This document shows positions 53,296-62,250 of a stretch of 64,000 nucleotides of DNA, one piece after another. The position numbers and the translations under genes are program-made. The stretch covers positions 2,270 through 66,269 of the forward strand of contig CADCCW010000011.1 in the NCBI GenBank assembly GCA_902800055.1. The letters are read 5' to 3'. The first letter of the stretch is position 1, and every line of letters starts with the position of its first letter. Origin of the DNA: an uncultured bacterium (GTDB lineage: Bacteria; Verrucomicrobiota; Kiritimatiellia; RFP12; UBA1067). The notes beneath the pieces are model-generated. The model was given only the letters and a program-made list of their open reading frames with translations. It did no database searches and had not been told where the DNA came from.

Positions 53296-54494
53296 CTGAA
53301 CTTCTCCATTGCCCTTTTGAATCCGTCGGCGCTGCGAGCGATGATCTTCTCGTCGACGCAGCAGCTGAGACGGACATAGCCCGGGAAGCCAAATCCCTTG
53401 CCGGTGACGACAAGAATCTTCTCCTCCAGAAGAGCATCGACAAACTTGAGGTCATCCTCAACCGGCGACTTGGCGAAGAAGTAGAAAGCCCCCTTCGGAA
53501 GCTCAAACTCGATGCCTGCGCCCTTTAGCGCCTCCGCCATCATGAGCCGGCGGCGGTTGTAGATCTCGAGGTCAACTGTCTCGTCAAGCAGTGCGGCTGC
53601 GAGCTGCTGGCCAATAACCGGCGCATTGACATAGCCGAGCGTGCGCGTGGTGAGCGTGACCGCCGCCACTAGCTCCTCCGCGCCGGGCATGGCGGGGTTG
53701 ACGGCAAAGTAGCCGACGCGTTCGCCGGCCAGTGAGAGCGTCTTGGAGAAGCTCCCCAGCACGCAGCACCAGCGCGTGAGCGGCAGCGCAGGCGCCACGC
53801 TGGCGCCGTCGAAGGCGAAGGCACGGTAGGGCTCGTCGGAGAGGAGGAACATCGCCCTGCCCCCTTCTCGCTCGCGGCGCTTGTTCTCGTCGTCGACAAT
53901 CGCGGCAATCGCGCGCAGGTCGTCCTCGGAGTAGATGCAGCCGGTGGGGTTGTTGGGCGAGTTGACGATAATCGCCCGGGTCTTCGGCGTGACGGCGGCG
54001 CGCAGGGCCGCGACGTCGGGACTGAACGTGGGCGGCAGCGACGGAACCGGCTTTAGCTTGCCGCCGAAATGGCCGCAGTAGGCGCCGTACTCGACGAAGT
54101 ATGGCGCGGGCACCACCACTTCGTCGCCAGGCTCGATGACCGCGCGGAAGAAACTCACCATGGCGCCGGCGGCTCCGACCGACATCACGACATGCTGCGG
54201 CTGCAGGTCGGTCTGCTGCTGGCGCGAAAGGTACTTCGCCATAGCCTCGCGCACGGCTGGGATTCCGGCGTTGGGGCAGTAGCCGAGGCCAAGCGGCTTA
54301 GTTGCGGCCACGGCGATCGACTCAAGCGCGTAGCGCACCGTGCCGGGCGGCGGCACGTCTGGGTTGCCGAGCGAGAAGTCGCACACCGCGTCTTCGCCGA
54401 ACTGGCGTTTGAGCTCCAGCCCCTTCTCGAACATCCTGCGGATCCAGGAGCTCGACGCCATCGAATCGCGGATCTCGTCCGTCGTCGTCTGCAT
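53292..54494 (-). CDS. Class I/II pyridoxal-phosphate-dependent aminotransferase (AspC/AlaA-like)
   Basis: FSLGNPDVPPP, NSPNNPTG and SFSKTLSLAGERVGY (PLP-Lys). GGAGG RBS. The start is placed at MQTTTDEIRD. Confidence 0.8.
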   Translation of the reverse strand: MQTTTDEIRDSMASSSWIRRMFEKGLELKRQFGEDAVCDFSLGNPDVPPPGTVRYALESIAVAATKPLGLGYCPNAGIPAVREAMAKYLSRQQQTDLQPQHVVMSVGAAGAMVSFFRAVIEPGDEVVVPAPYFVEYGAYCGHFGGKLKPVPSLPPTFSPDVAALRAAVTPKTRAIIVNSPNNPTGCIYSEDDLRAIAAIVDDENKRREREGGRAMFLLSDEPYRAFAFDGASVAPALPLTRWCCVLGSFSKTLSLAGERVGYFAVNPAMPGAEELVAAVTLTTRTLGYVNAPVIGQQLAAALLDETVDLEIYNRRRLMMAEALKGAGIEFELPKGAFYFFAKSPVEDDLKFVDALLEEKILVVTGKGFGFPGYVRLSCCVDEKIIARSADGFKRAMEKFR

Positions 54495-54496
54495 CG

Positions 54497-57280
54497 TTAT
54501 TCCTCCGTCGCGTCGGAGAAGGTGAATTCGGGGAACATCTCCTTGACGGCCTTCTCGTAGTCGGGATACTGCTTGATCACATCCTGGGCAAGCTGCTGGG
54601 CCCGGGTGGTGGCGCCATTGACCTCGGAGCAGACCAGATTCATCGTCAGCGCCGCGCCGACCATGGCGTCCGACCACTCGCGCAGGTTGAGGTTGGAGTT
54701 CTTCCTGCCCCTGACGATGAACTCGTTGATGAGCTCGTTGAAGTTGCCCGGGTACTCCTTGTAGAACTTCTGCCACTGGATGCGCTGTTTAGACTTGCCG
54801 TCGGGCTTGAGGATGAGGATGTCCTTGACAGTGGCCTCAACCACCTTGCAGTTCTTGAGCGGGCTCTTGAACTTGTGGCCGACCATGTGCTTGAGCAGGA
54901 TGTCCTGCACCGACTTCATCATGTCCACCTTGCGCATCTCAAGCTTTGCCGCGAACTCCCCTTCCGGCGTCTTGAAGTTCGAGTACACTTCCTTGAGCAT
55001 CCGGTGGGCGTTCTCCCAGTCGAGTTGGCGGAACTTGCCCTGGGTGTTGATGAAGTCAAAGCGCTCGCGGATCTCGCTGCACTCGCGCTCGACGAGGGCG
55101 GCGCGCTCGGCGGCGATCTTGGCGAGGCGGTTGCTCTCGGCCTGCTCGGCCTCGATCTTGGCGAGACGGCGCTCTTCGTTGAGCTTGATGGACCTGAGGC
55201 GCTTGTCAACCCGTTCGATGGTCTTCTTCCCCTTCGACTTGATGTTGGACATGTTCTTCCTCACTTCCTCCACCGCTTTGGAGCCCGTGAGGTCGTTGTG
55301 GAGTTCGGTGGTCTTGCGGGAAAGTTCCGCTAGCGCGTCCAGCGCCTCCTGGGAGTCGGTCCCCTCGATCTTGCCCGCACCGTCGCAGGTGTTGATGACG
55401 TCCTTCGCCATCTTGTCGATGAGGATTGCGCCCGCCTGGCAGTCGTAGGTCAGGTTCCAGACATCGTGGATGTTGGAGCGCTCGTCCTCGAAGAGCCGGT
55501 CCTTCTCTTTTTCGACAATGGTCTTCTCGGGTGGCGGTGGAGGAGGCTCGGCTTCCGCCTCAGGTGTCTCGGCGGCAGGCTCCTCCTCCTTTGCTGCCGG
55601 GGCGCCGCCAGATTCGGCCTGTTTCAGCGCCGCAAGGAAGTCCTGGTAGTCTGGATCGGCAGGATCGTCGGTGTCGGGCATCTTGAGCCCGTACTTCTTG
55701 GCCCGCGCGGCCAGCGAGTTTGGGGCCGGCTGCTTCGCGTCCGGAGCCGCGGCATCGTCGGCGGCGGCCGCAGGCGCGGCATTCGTCGCCGCCGCGGCTG
55801 CGACGACGGCATTGGTCGCCACGACCTTCGGTACTTCGTTGGTGGAGGCAATCGCGTCAAGGAGCTTCTTGGTCGGCGGCGGCCGGAACTGGTCGGCGTA
55901 GGCGGGCAGCGTCTCCTTGAGCTTGGCGGTGAACTTCTCGCACTCGGCCACCGCCTTGGCGGCGAAGCCCTGGAACTCGTTGTTGAAGTTTTCGGTTTTG
56001 TCGCGGGTGTTCTTGATCGCCGCGCGGGCCCTGGTGATGCCGTCGGCGCGCTGCGCTCGCGCGGCTTCCTGCTTGACGACTTCGTTGTGATGGACGAACC
56101 AGACAAGCCCGCCGCCGACGCCGCCAAGCAGTAGGATGCCGCCGATCACGAACAGCGCGACCTTCGCGCCGAGGTTGCCGCCACCCTCCTCCTCGTCCTC
56201 GTCCGATTCATCGCTGACCGGACGGCGTAGACGGCGGCGCATCTTCGCCCGCGGGCTCAGGTTCTTCTCTTCCTCATCCTTGCCTTCCTCGTCGTCCTTT
56301 TCCTTCTCGTCGTCGCCGGAAGCGGCGGTCGAGGTGGCGCCGGGGCGCGAGCGAAGCATCATCCTGCGCGCGCCGGCCAGCGTCCGCTTGGCGCCGGGGC
56401 GCGTCTTAGCACCGCCGGACGCGGCGGCTGCGGGAGCCTTCTGGGTGAGGCCGGAGGCAAGCACCTCCTTGAACGCCTGGATGAGCGCCTCGAAGCTCGG
56501 GTAGCGGTTGCCCTTCTCGAGCGCCAGCATCTTCATCACCATTGCGTCGATCGCCGGAGTGATCTCGGCCCGGATCTCGCTGGGCTTGCGCGGAGCGCCC
56601 TCGAAGCGCTTTTTGACGACCGCCATCGGATCCGTGCCCTCGAACGGCGCGACGCCGGTGAGCGCGTGGTAAAGCGTGCCGCCGAGCGAGTACATGTCGG
56701 CGCGGAAGTCGATCTGTTCCTTGCGGACCTTCTCCGGCGCGATGTAGTAGGGAGTCCCCCATATCTCGTCGGTGTCCTTCTGCATGCCAGCGAGCCCGAA
56801 GTCGACGAGCTTGGCGTTGCCGTTCGAGTCGAGGAGGATGTTCTCGGGCTTGACGTCTCCGTGCACAAAGCCCTGGTCGCTCGCGCACTGGAGCGCCTGC
56901 GCCACCTGCTGGCAGATCTTGAGGACGCGCTGGATGTCGGTCTTGCCCGGCGCGGCGTTCATGAGCGAGTAGAGCGAACCGCCGCTCGCCAGCTCCATCG
57001 CGATGTACGGCATGCCGTCGGAAATGCCGTAGGAGTAGATCTGCGCGATGTTGGGGTGAATCAGCTTAGCGGCGGACTGCGCCTCCTTCTTGAACTTCTC
57101 GACGAACTCCGCGTCCGCGCCGAGTTCCTTGAGCATCACCTTGACCGCGACCGGACGGTCGAGCATCTTGTCGCGGCCCATGTACACGCCGCCCATCCCG
57201 CCCGCACCGAGCTCGCGCTCGAGGAGGAAGTTACCGTTGTCTCCGAAGACGCCGGGGGTGCTGATCAGTTGCTCGCTCAT
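54497..57280 (-). CDS. Transmembrane Hanks-type Ser/Thr kinase with a large uncharacterised extracytoplasmic C-terminal region
   Basis: GAGGMGGVY, VAVKVM, HGDVKPENIL, DFGLAG and YYIAPEK. An acidic linker, then TM VALFVIGGILLLGGVGGGLVWFV, then about 500 aa without a recognised domain. GGAGGT RBS. Confidence 0.8.
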   Translation of the reverse strand: MSEQLISTPGVFGDNGNFLLERELGAGGMGGVYMGRDKMLDRPVAVKVMLKELGADAEFVEKFKKEAQSAAKLIHPNIAQIYSYGISDGMPYIAMELASGGSLYSLMNAAPGKTDIQRVLKICQQVAQALQCASDQGFVHGDVKPENILLDSNGNAKLVDFGLAGMQKDTDEIWGTPYYIAPEKVRKEQIDFRADMYSLGGTLYHALTGVAPFEGTDPMAVVKKRFEGAPRKPSEIRAEITPAIDAMVMKMLALEKGNRYPSFEALIQAFKEVLASGLTQKAPAAAASGGAKTRPGAKRTLAGARRMMLRSRPGATSTAASGDDEKEKDDEEGKDEEEKNLSPRAKMRRRLRRPVSDESDEDEEEGGGNLGAKVALFVIGGILLLGGVGGGLVWFVHHNEVVKQEAARAQRADGITRARAAIKNTRDKTENFNNEFQGFAAKAVAECEKFTAKLKETLPAYADQFRPPPTKKLLDAIASTNEVPKVVATNAVVAAAAATNAAPAAAADDAAAPDAKQPAPNSLAARAKKYGLKMPDTDDPADPDYQDFLAALKQAESGGAPAAKEEEPAAETPEAEAEPPPPPPEKTIVEKEKDRLFEDERSNIHDVWNLTYDCQAGAILIDKMAKDVINTCDGAGKIEGTDSQEALDALAELSRKTTELHNDLTGSKAVEEVRKNMSNIKSKGKKTIERVDKRLRSIKLNEERRLAKIEAEQAESNRLAKIAAERAALVERECSEIRERFDFINTQGKFRQLDWENAHRMLKEVYSNFKTPEGEFAAKLEMRKVDMMKSVQDILLKHMVGHKFKSPLKNCKVVEATVKDILILKPDGKSKQRIQWQKFYKEYPGNFNELINEFIVRGRKNSNLNLREWSDAMVGAALTMNLVCSEVNGATTRAQQLAQDVIKQYPDYEKAVKEMFPEFTFSDATEE

Positions 57281-57305
57281 GTCTCTTCTTACCTCCGCAT
57301 GTCCG

Positions 57306-58052
57306 CTACCGGATGATCCTCCAGCCGGTGAACGGCCAGAATACGAACGCCCCTTCGCCGCGCAGATTCGCGCGCGGCACCGTGCCCCAGTACCGGCTGT
57401 CGAAGGAGTTGTTGAAATTGTCGCCGCACGCGAAATACTCATCAGGTCCCATCGTCACCACATCTGGACGCCCCTCTACAGGATGCTCGAGCTGGTAGGT
57501 TTCGCCAGGCCTCGCCTTCATCCGCTTGATGTAGTGGGTGCCCTGCGGAAGCTGCTTAATGCCGGTGGTGGAGAAGATCATCACGTCCCCGTCCTTCGGC
57601 TGGAAGAAGTTCCACTTCCAGCGATTGACGAAGATGAAGTCGCCGGTGGTGATCGACCCCTTCCAGAGCGTGTCACCCCTACTCACGAACTTGCCGTTCA
57701 GTTCGCGGCAGGCGTCGGTAGGCAGCGACCAGCTCTGGTCACTGGTGCCGACCTTGACGGTGGCGCAGCCGTCGCCGCGCGGCTGGCAGCGGACGGTGCC
57801 GGTGGCCGGGGACTTCCCGTCCACCACCCGCTCGCCGGTCACGGCCCACTTGAGCACCGAGAGCGGAAACCTGTCCCACGTCCCCTTCTCCACGCCGACC
57901 TGGGTATGGTACCCCCAGAGCGTCTCCTGCATCGAGCCGGTCGGAATCTTGAACGGCTCGTAGAAGTAGGCCCGGAACGCCATCGCCACGGAAATCGCGA
58001 CGACGAACGTGTCGAGCCATTCCTTCCCGTAGTCTTGAAACGTCTTCTTCAC
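57306..58052 (-). CDS. lepB: Signal peptidase I
   Basis: IPTGSMQETL (catalytic Ser), YIKRM, and GDNFNNSFDSRYWG. GTG start. Confidence 0.85.
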   Translation of the reverse strand: MKKTFQDYGKEWLDTFVVAISVAMAFRAYFYEPFKIPTGSMQETLWGYHTQVGVEKGTWDRFPLSVLKWAVTGERVVDGKSPATGTVRCQPRGDGCATVKVGTSDQSWSLPTDACRELNGKFVSRGDTLWKGSITTGDFIFVNRWKWNFFQPKDGDVMIFSTTGIKQLPQGTHYIKRMKARPGETYQLEHPVEGRPDVVTMGPDEYFACGDNFNNSFDSRYWGTVPRANLRGEGAFVFWPFTGWRIIR

Positions 58053-58073
58053 CTTACACTTTCCAATCTCAAA

Positions 58074-58113
58074 CCTTTCAACTTTTCAACCTTTCAACTT
58101 TTCAACCTTTCAA
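58074..58113. repeat. Five tandem octamers C(C/T)TTTCAA (minus strand: TTGAAAGG/TTGAAAAG) between guaB and lepB
   Basis: cctttcaa cttttcaa cctttcaa cttttcaa cctttcaa. The last unit overlaps the guaB stop codon. The same GGTTGAAAAGTTGAAAGG word occurs at 1333-1350. Confidence 0.75.
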
Positions 58114-59606
58114 GCCCGGTAGTTCGGGGCTTCCTTGGTGATCGTGATGTCGTGCGGGCGCGCCTCGCGCTGCCCGGCGGCGGTGACGCGGTAGAACTTG
58201 CCCTTCTCCTTGAGCTCGGCGATCGTCCGCGCGCCGCAGTAGCCGAGCGACGCCCTGAGGCCGCCGCAGAACTGGGTCATGATCGACTTCACCTTGCCGG
58301 AGTAAGGCACCATTCCCTCGATGCCCTGCGGCACCAGGTCCTCCTCCGCCTCCGAGTCCTGGAAGTAGCGCGCCCGCGAGCCCTTGCCGTTCTTGAGCGC
58401 GGCCATCGAGCCCATGCCGCGGTAGACCACGTACTGGCGGCCGTTCGCGTAGATCTTCTCGCCCGGGCTTTCCTCGGTGCCGGCGAGCACCGAGCCGAGC
58501 ATCACCGAGTCGGCGCCGGCGGCGATCGCCTTCGGGACGTCGCCAGAGAGCTTGATGCCGCCGTCGGCAATCACCGCGACGTCCGTCCCCCGCAGCGCCT
58601 TCGCCGCGTTGTAGACCGCGGTGAGCTGGGGAATGCCGACGCCGCAGACGACGCGGGTGGTGCAGATCGAGCCGGGGCCGATGCCGACCTTGACCGCGTG
58701 GGCGCCGCACTTCGCGAGAGCCGCTGCGGCCTCTCCGGTCGCGATGTTGCCGGCGATGACGTCGATCTGCGGATAGGTCTTGGCGATGTACTTGGTCATC
58801 TCCATGATGCCCTTGGAGTGTCCGTGGGCGGAGTCGACGACGACGCAGTCGACGCCGGCGGCGGCAAGCTTCTCCATTCGCCGCAGGTCGCCGCGGCCAC
58901 CGGAGACGGACGCCGCGACGCGCAGGCGGAAGCGCTCGTCGCAGTTGTAGCCGGCGTTGGAGTTCTCGATGATTCGCGCGACGTCGGTGAAGCTGTAGAG
59001 GCCGATGACGCGGCCGTTGCGGTCGACGAGCGGAAGCTTGCCGATCTTCGCCTTGCGCATGAGCTCATACGCCTTCTTCAGCGTGGTGGAGCGGGTGCCG
59101 GTGATCGGGCACGGCTGCATCACGTCCTTGAGCGTCATCGCGTTCATCGGCGCGAAGCGCATGTCGGACGAGGTGATCATGCCGACGAGCTTGTCGTCCG
59201 AGTCCAGCACCGGGAAGCCGTTGAACTTCAGCCCCATGCGGCGCTTTTCGGCGCGGAGGAAGGAGATGTCGTCGTCGGCGTGGAAGCAGATCGGCTTGGC
59301 GATGAGCCCGTTGAGGTGGTTCTTCACCTTCGCCACCTGCGCCGCCTGGTCGTCCTCCTCGAGGTTCTTGTGGATGCAGCCGATGCCGCCGGAAAGCGCC
59401 ATCGCGATCGCCATCGGCGCCTCGGTGACGGTGTCCATCGCGGCGGAGATGAACGGCGTCTTCATCTTCGTGCGCGAGGTAAGTTTGGTCTCCAGCGAGG
59501 TCTCGTCGGGCAGGAAATCAGCGTACTGCGTGACAAGCGTGACGTCGTCGTACGTCAGCCCCTCGTGGGGAAACGTCTTCATGAAAGCGTCCATGTATCT
59601 GTTCAT
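58110..59606 (-). CDS. guaB: Inosine-5'-monophosphate dehydrogenase
   Basis: [10 protein letters not shown], a CBS pair, [11 protein letters not shown] (catalytic Cys loop) and [20 protein letters not shown] before the ATG at 59606. Confidence 0.9.
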   Translation of the reverse strand: MNRYMDAFMKTFPHEGLTYDDVTLVTQYADFLPDETSLETKLTSRTKMKTPFISAAMDTVTEAPMAIAMALSGGIGCIHKNLEEDDQAAQVAKVKNHLNGLIAKPICFHADDDISFLRAEKRRMGLKFNGFPVLDSDDKLVGMITSSDMRFAPMNAMTLKDVMQPCPITGTRSTTLKKAYELMRKAKIGKLPLVDRNGRVIGLYSFTDVARIIENSNAGYNCDERFRLRVAASVSGGRGDLRRMEKLAAAGVDCVVVDSAHGHSKGIMEMTKYIAKTYPQIDVIAGNIATGEAAAALAKCGAHAVKVGIGPGSICTTRVVCGVGIPQLTAVYNAAKALRGTDVAVIADGGIKLSGDVPKAIAAGADSVMLGSVLAGTEESPGEKIYANGRQYVVYRGMGSMAALKNGKGSRARYFQDSEAEEDLVPQGIEGMVPYSGKVKSIMTQFCGGLRASLGYCGARTIAELKEKGKFYRVTAAGQREARPHDITITKEAPNYRA

Positions 59607-59645
59607 ACCACTCCTCCGGGCGCTCCGCGCCCTTTTTTGGAGTGG

Positions 59646-59654
59646 ATTATACAC
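59646..59654 (-). promoter_or_regulatory. Candidate guaB promoter -10 (GTGTATAAT, minus strand)
   Basis: The plus strand reads attatacac. It lies about 40 nt upstream of the guaB ATG and downstream of the terminator at 59677-59699. Confidence 0.45.
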
Positions 59655-59676
59655 TATTTGCCGCTGTAAATCAACC

Positions 59677-59699
59677 GCCCCCGGCGTCTTGCCGGGGGC
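59677..59699 (-). terminator. Perfect 9-bp GC hairpin downstream of the thioesterase gene
   Basis: GCCCCCGGC, a 5-nt loop, GCCGGGGGC. On the minus strand it is followed by GGTTGATTT. It lies 27 nt after the stop at 59726. Confidence 0.6.
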
Positions 59700-59725
59700 A
59701 GCTTCGCCGCTTTGGCCGCTGCCGC

Positions 59726-60115
59726 CTATTTCAGCTTGAATCCAGTGCCGACGAACTGCGCGATGTCACGACCGGTTTCGTCTGCGACATCGACGTTGAC
59801 GACGCACGAGCTGCGGCCGTCCTTCCTGTAGCGGGCAGTCGCCACAAGACGCTTACCCTTGGGCGCCGAGAGGTAACTTACCGAGACCTGCTGGGCCACC
59901 GTAACTCTTTCGCGGTCGTTCGTGAGCGCGGCGAAGGCGAAGTCGGCAAGGGTGAATATCGCACCGCCCATGACGCCGCCGAAGGCATTCCGATGGCGGG
60001 ACGAAAGAGTCATCGAGGTCACGGCATGCTCGCCGTCCAGCTCCTCAAGGGTCATTCCGTTCTCGGTGGCGAACCGGTCTTCCGAGAAATAGGCGCGGGC
60101 TTCTTCAAAGGTCAT
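59726..60115 (-). CDS. PaaI-family hotdog-fold thioesterase
   Basis: NAFGGVMGGAIFTLADFAFAA and a size of about 130 aa. The start is placed at MTFEEARAYF. Confidence 0.65.
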   Translation of the reverse strand: MTFEEARAYFSEDRFATENGMTLEELDGEHAVTSMTLSSRHRNAFGGVMGGAIFTLADFAFAALTNDRERVTVAQQVSVSYLSAPKGKRLVATARYRKDGRSSCVVNVDVADETGRDIAQFVGTGFKLK

Positions 60116-62237
60116 TCTTGTCGTCCTTATGTTTTGCTGGGAGGATGGATATCTTGCCGTCAATGCGGGTGGCGCTGACGCGGGTTCCGTCGGAGAGGGC
60201 GAGGTTCTCGAAGGAGACCTCGCGCCAGGAATCGGGGCAGCCGCGGAAGAACTCGACCTTACCGTTCACCTCATGCGCCATCATCTCGAGAACCGCCGCC
60301 GTCGCCGCGCACTGGCCGTCCATCTGCATCACCGACTCGCCGCCGGTCCACTTGGTGAAGCCGTCCCGCACCGAATTGTGGTGCGAGCCGTGGCCGGCGT
60401 CGCAGAAATGGTCCTCCCACGCCCGCAGCCTGGCGACCGCGCCATCGGCGTTGCCGACGTGCAGCTCGAGGACCGCCGCCCAGGGAACGCACCAGCCGGT
60501 CCAGTACGAAGTGCCGGTCTCACGCCACTTGGCGTAGGTGCGGTCGACGGCGGACTTCGCGGACGGGTCGGCGAGGTCGACGACGTCAAACGGGAAGAGC
60601 CCCGCCATGTGCGAGTGGTGGCGGTGCGACTCGGTAAGCTCCTGCTCGCCGAAGAGCCGGAACCCGAACGGCCCTTCGTTGTAGCGCGGCAGACGCTTCA
60701 TGACGTCGAGCCAGCGCGGATCTGGCGTTTCGCCGAGCGCCGCCGCGGCGTCCACGAGGTTGCGCGCGAGCCGGTGCGCCGCGGCAAGCTGGAACGAGGG
60801 GTTGCGCCCCACCGAGCCCTTGGCGTGCGAACCGCCCCACTCTGGCGAGGGACCGAGCGGCAGCGCGAGGCGGCCGCCATCTTCCACCATCATCGCAAGG
60901 TAGACGTTCATCGCGCCCTTCATGAAGTCGTAGGCGCTGTCGCGGAGAAAGTCGATGTCGCGCGAGTACCGGTAGTAGCGCATCATCATCGCCGCCACCC
61001 AGGCGGTGGAGCCGTGGTCGATAGTGCCGGTCCAGAAGCCGCCGATGCACACGCCCCGGTCATCCACCGAATGCGGCAGGGTGTAGCCGTCCTCGATGCC
61101 GACGAACCGGCGCGCGTTTTCCCTCAGCCGCGGCCGCCACGAAAGGACCATCTTAAAGAGCGGCTTCAGGTGCGCGAAGTGTCCGCCGCGGTAGGCGGGC
61201 GAGTAGCATTCCTGCACGTTGATGTTGAAGTGGTAGTCGCCGTTCCAGGGAACGAGCCTATCGTCCTCGAGCCACGGCCCCTGGAGCCCGGCGGGAACGC
61301 CGTTCGGGTCCGTCATCGCGCCGAAGCGGTACATGCCGTAGTCGAAGATGCGCTGGATCTGCGCGTCGGGCACTTTTACGCGCGCGCCATCGGCCCAGAA
61401 CTTTGCCCAATGAGTAGCGGATTCTTTTTTCACTATCTCAAATGTCGGAGTCGGCCCACCCCACGCGAGGAAAGGACTTTCCCTTTGCGCGCGTTCCGTC
61501 ATTACGAACATTTCCTGCCCGGAACGCCACCAGAAGACAGACACTGGTCTATCGGCAGGGAGATTCCATGAGAAGCCGCAGCTTTCCCCTGCGCCAAACG
61601 CGCCGGACTTGTCGTTGTGCCATTTCTTGGCGTCGCCGAAGCCTATAGGCTCAAGCGCATTGCGTACATTTGGCATTTCCATTGCAGGTACGACATTAGC
61701 CCGGAACTGCACACCGTTTGGAAACTTCATAGAGAAAAGTCCGCCGCCCAATCTGCACATCGCGGCCTCGAGCCGCTTGGTCTCCCCTTCATGAACGAAG
61801 TCGATCCACGCCGTTCCTGTGAACGGATCGAGCTCGCCGCGGGTCAGCGTGGCGCCGGGGATTTTCAGGACGACGCGTCCGAGCGGCAGCATGTACGGGT
61901 TGCGCGGCTGGCCTTTCGGCGTCTCCTTCTTGAAGAGCGCCATGAGCCGCTCGGTGTCGCCGCTTTCCACTGCGGCGACGATGTTGGTGTAACTCTGGGC
62001 GGCGGTCCACTCGTATCCGCCGCGGTGGTCCCAGAGGTCGGCGCGACCGACGGTGAGGCGGATCTCGTCGCCGCCGCCCCAGACGAGCACGCCGGTGACG
62101 CCGTCGGAGAACGCCATCCCCTCGTGGCAGCTGCCGAGCCGCGGGAACTCCCACTCCACCGGCGCCGCAGCCAGCGAAGATGCGGCCAACAGCGCAGGAA
62201 CAATTGCGAACATCATATTCATCATTATGCCTTTCAT
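60105..62237 (-). CDS. Secreted GH95-like glycoside hydrolase (putative alpha-L-fucosidase-type (alpha/alpha)6 enzyme)
   Basis: Signal peptide present. VPWNGDYHFNINVQECYSPAY and LPLGPSPEWGG resemble GH95 catalytic-region motifs as I remember them. Confidence 0.55.
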   Translation of the reverse strand: MKGIMMNMMFAIVPALLAASSLAAAPVEWEFPRLGSCHEGMAFSDGVTGVLVWGGGDEIRLTVGRADLWDHRGGYEWTAAQSYTNIVAAVESGDTERLMALFKKETPKGQPRNPYMLPLGRVVLKIPGATLTRGELDPFTGTAWIDFVHEGETKRLEAAMCRLGGGLFSMKFPNGVQFRANVVPAMEMPNVRNALEPIGFGDAKKWHNDKSGAFGAGESCGFSWNLPADRPVSVFWWRSGQEMFVMTERAQRESPFLAWGGPTPTFEIVKKESATHWAKFWADGARVKVPDAQIQRIFDYGMYRFGAMTDPNGVPAGLQGPWLEDDRLVPWNGDYHFNINVQECYSPAYRGGHFAHLKPLFKMVLSWRPRLRENARRFVGIEDGYTLPHSVDDRGVCIGGFWTGTIDHGSTAWVAAMMMRYYRYSRDIDFLRDSAYDFMKGAMNVYLAMMVEDGGRLALPLGPSPEWGGSHAKGSVGRNPSFQLAAAHRLARNLVDAAAALGETPDPRWLDVMKRLPRYNEGPFGFRLFGEQELTESHRHHSHMAGLFPFDVVDLADPSAKSAVDRTYAKWRETGTSYWTGWCVPWAAVLELHVGNADGAVARLRAWEDHFCDAGHGSHHNSVRDGFTKWTGGESVMQMDGQCAATAAVLEMMAHEVNGKVEFFRGCPDSWREVSFENLALSDGTRVSATRIDGKISILPAKHKDDKNDL

Positions 62238-62250
62238 TTCAAAAGATCGT

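Noticed and set aside
58074-58113. The short tandem repeats (also 1272-1385, 13193-13220 and 35547-35574) as a possible CRISPR array.
   Set aside because: The units are only 7-11 nt, directly abutting, and have no unique spacers. No cas genes are in the window.
59607-59646. An SD-sequestering structure in the guaB leader: CCACTCC (minus strand, 59645-59639) pairing with GGAGTGG at the RBS.
   Set aside because: CCACTCC directly abuts the predicted -10 (59646-59654), so it probably lies upstream of the transcription start and would not be in the mRNA. Only the small GGGCGC-gga-GCGCCC hairpin would remain, and the leader is too short for a purine riboswitch.
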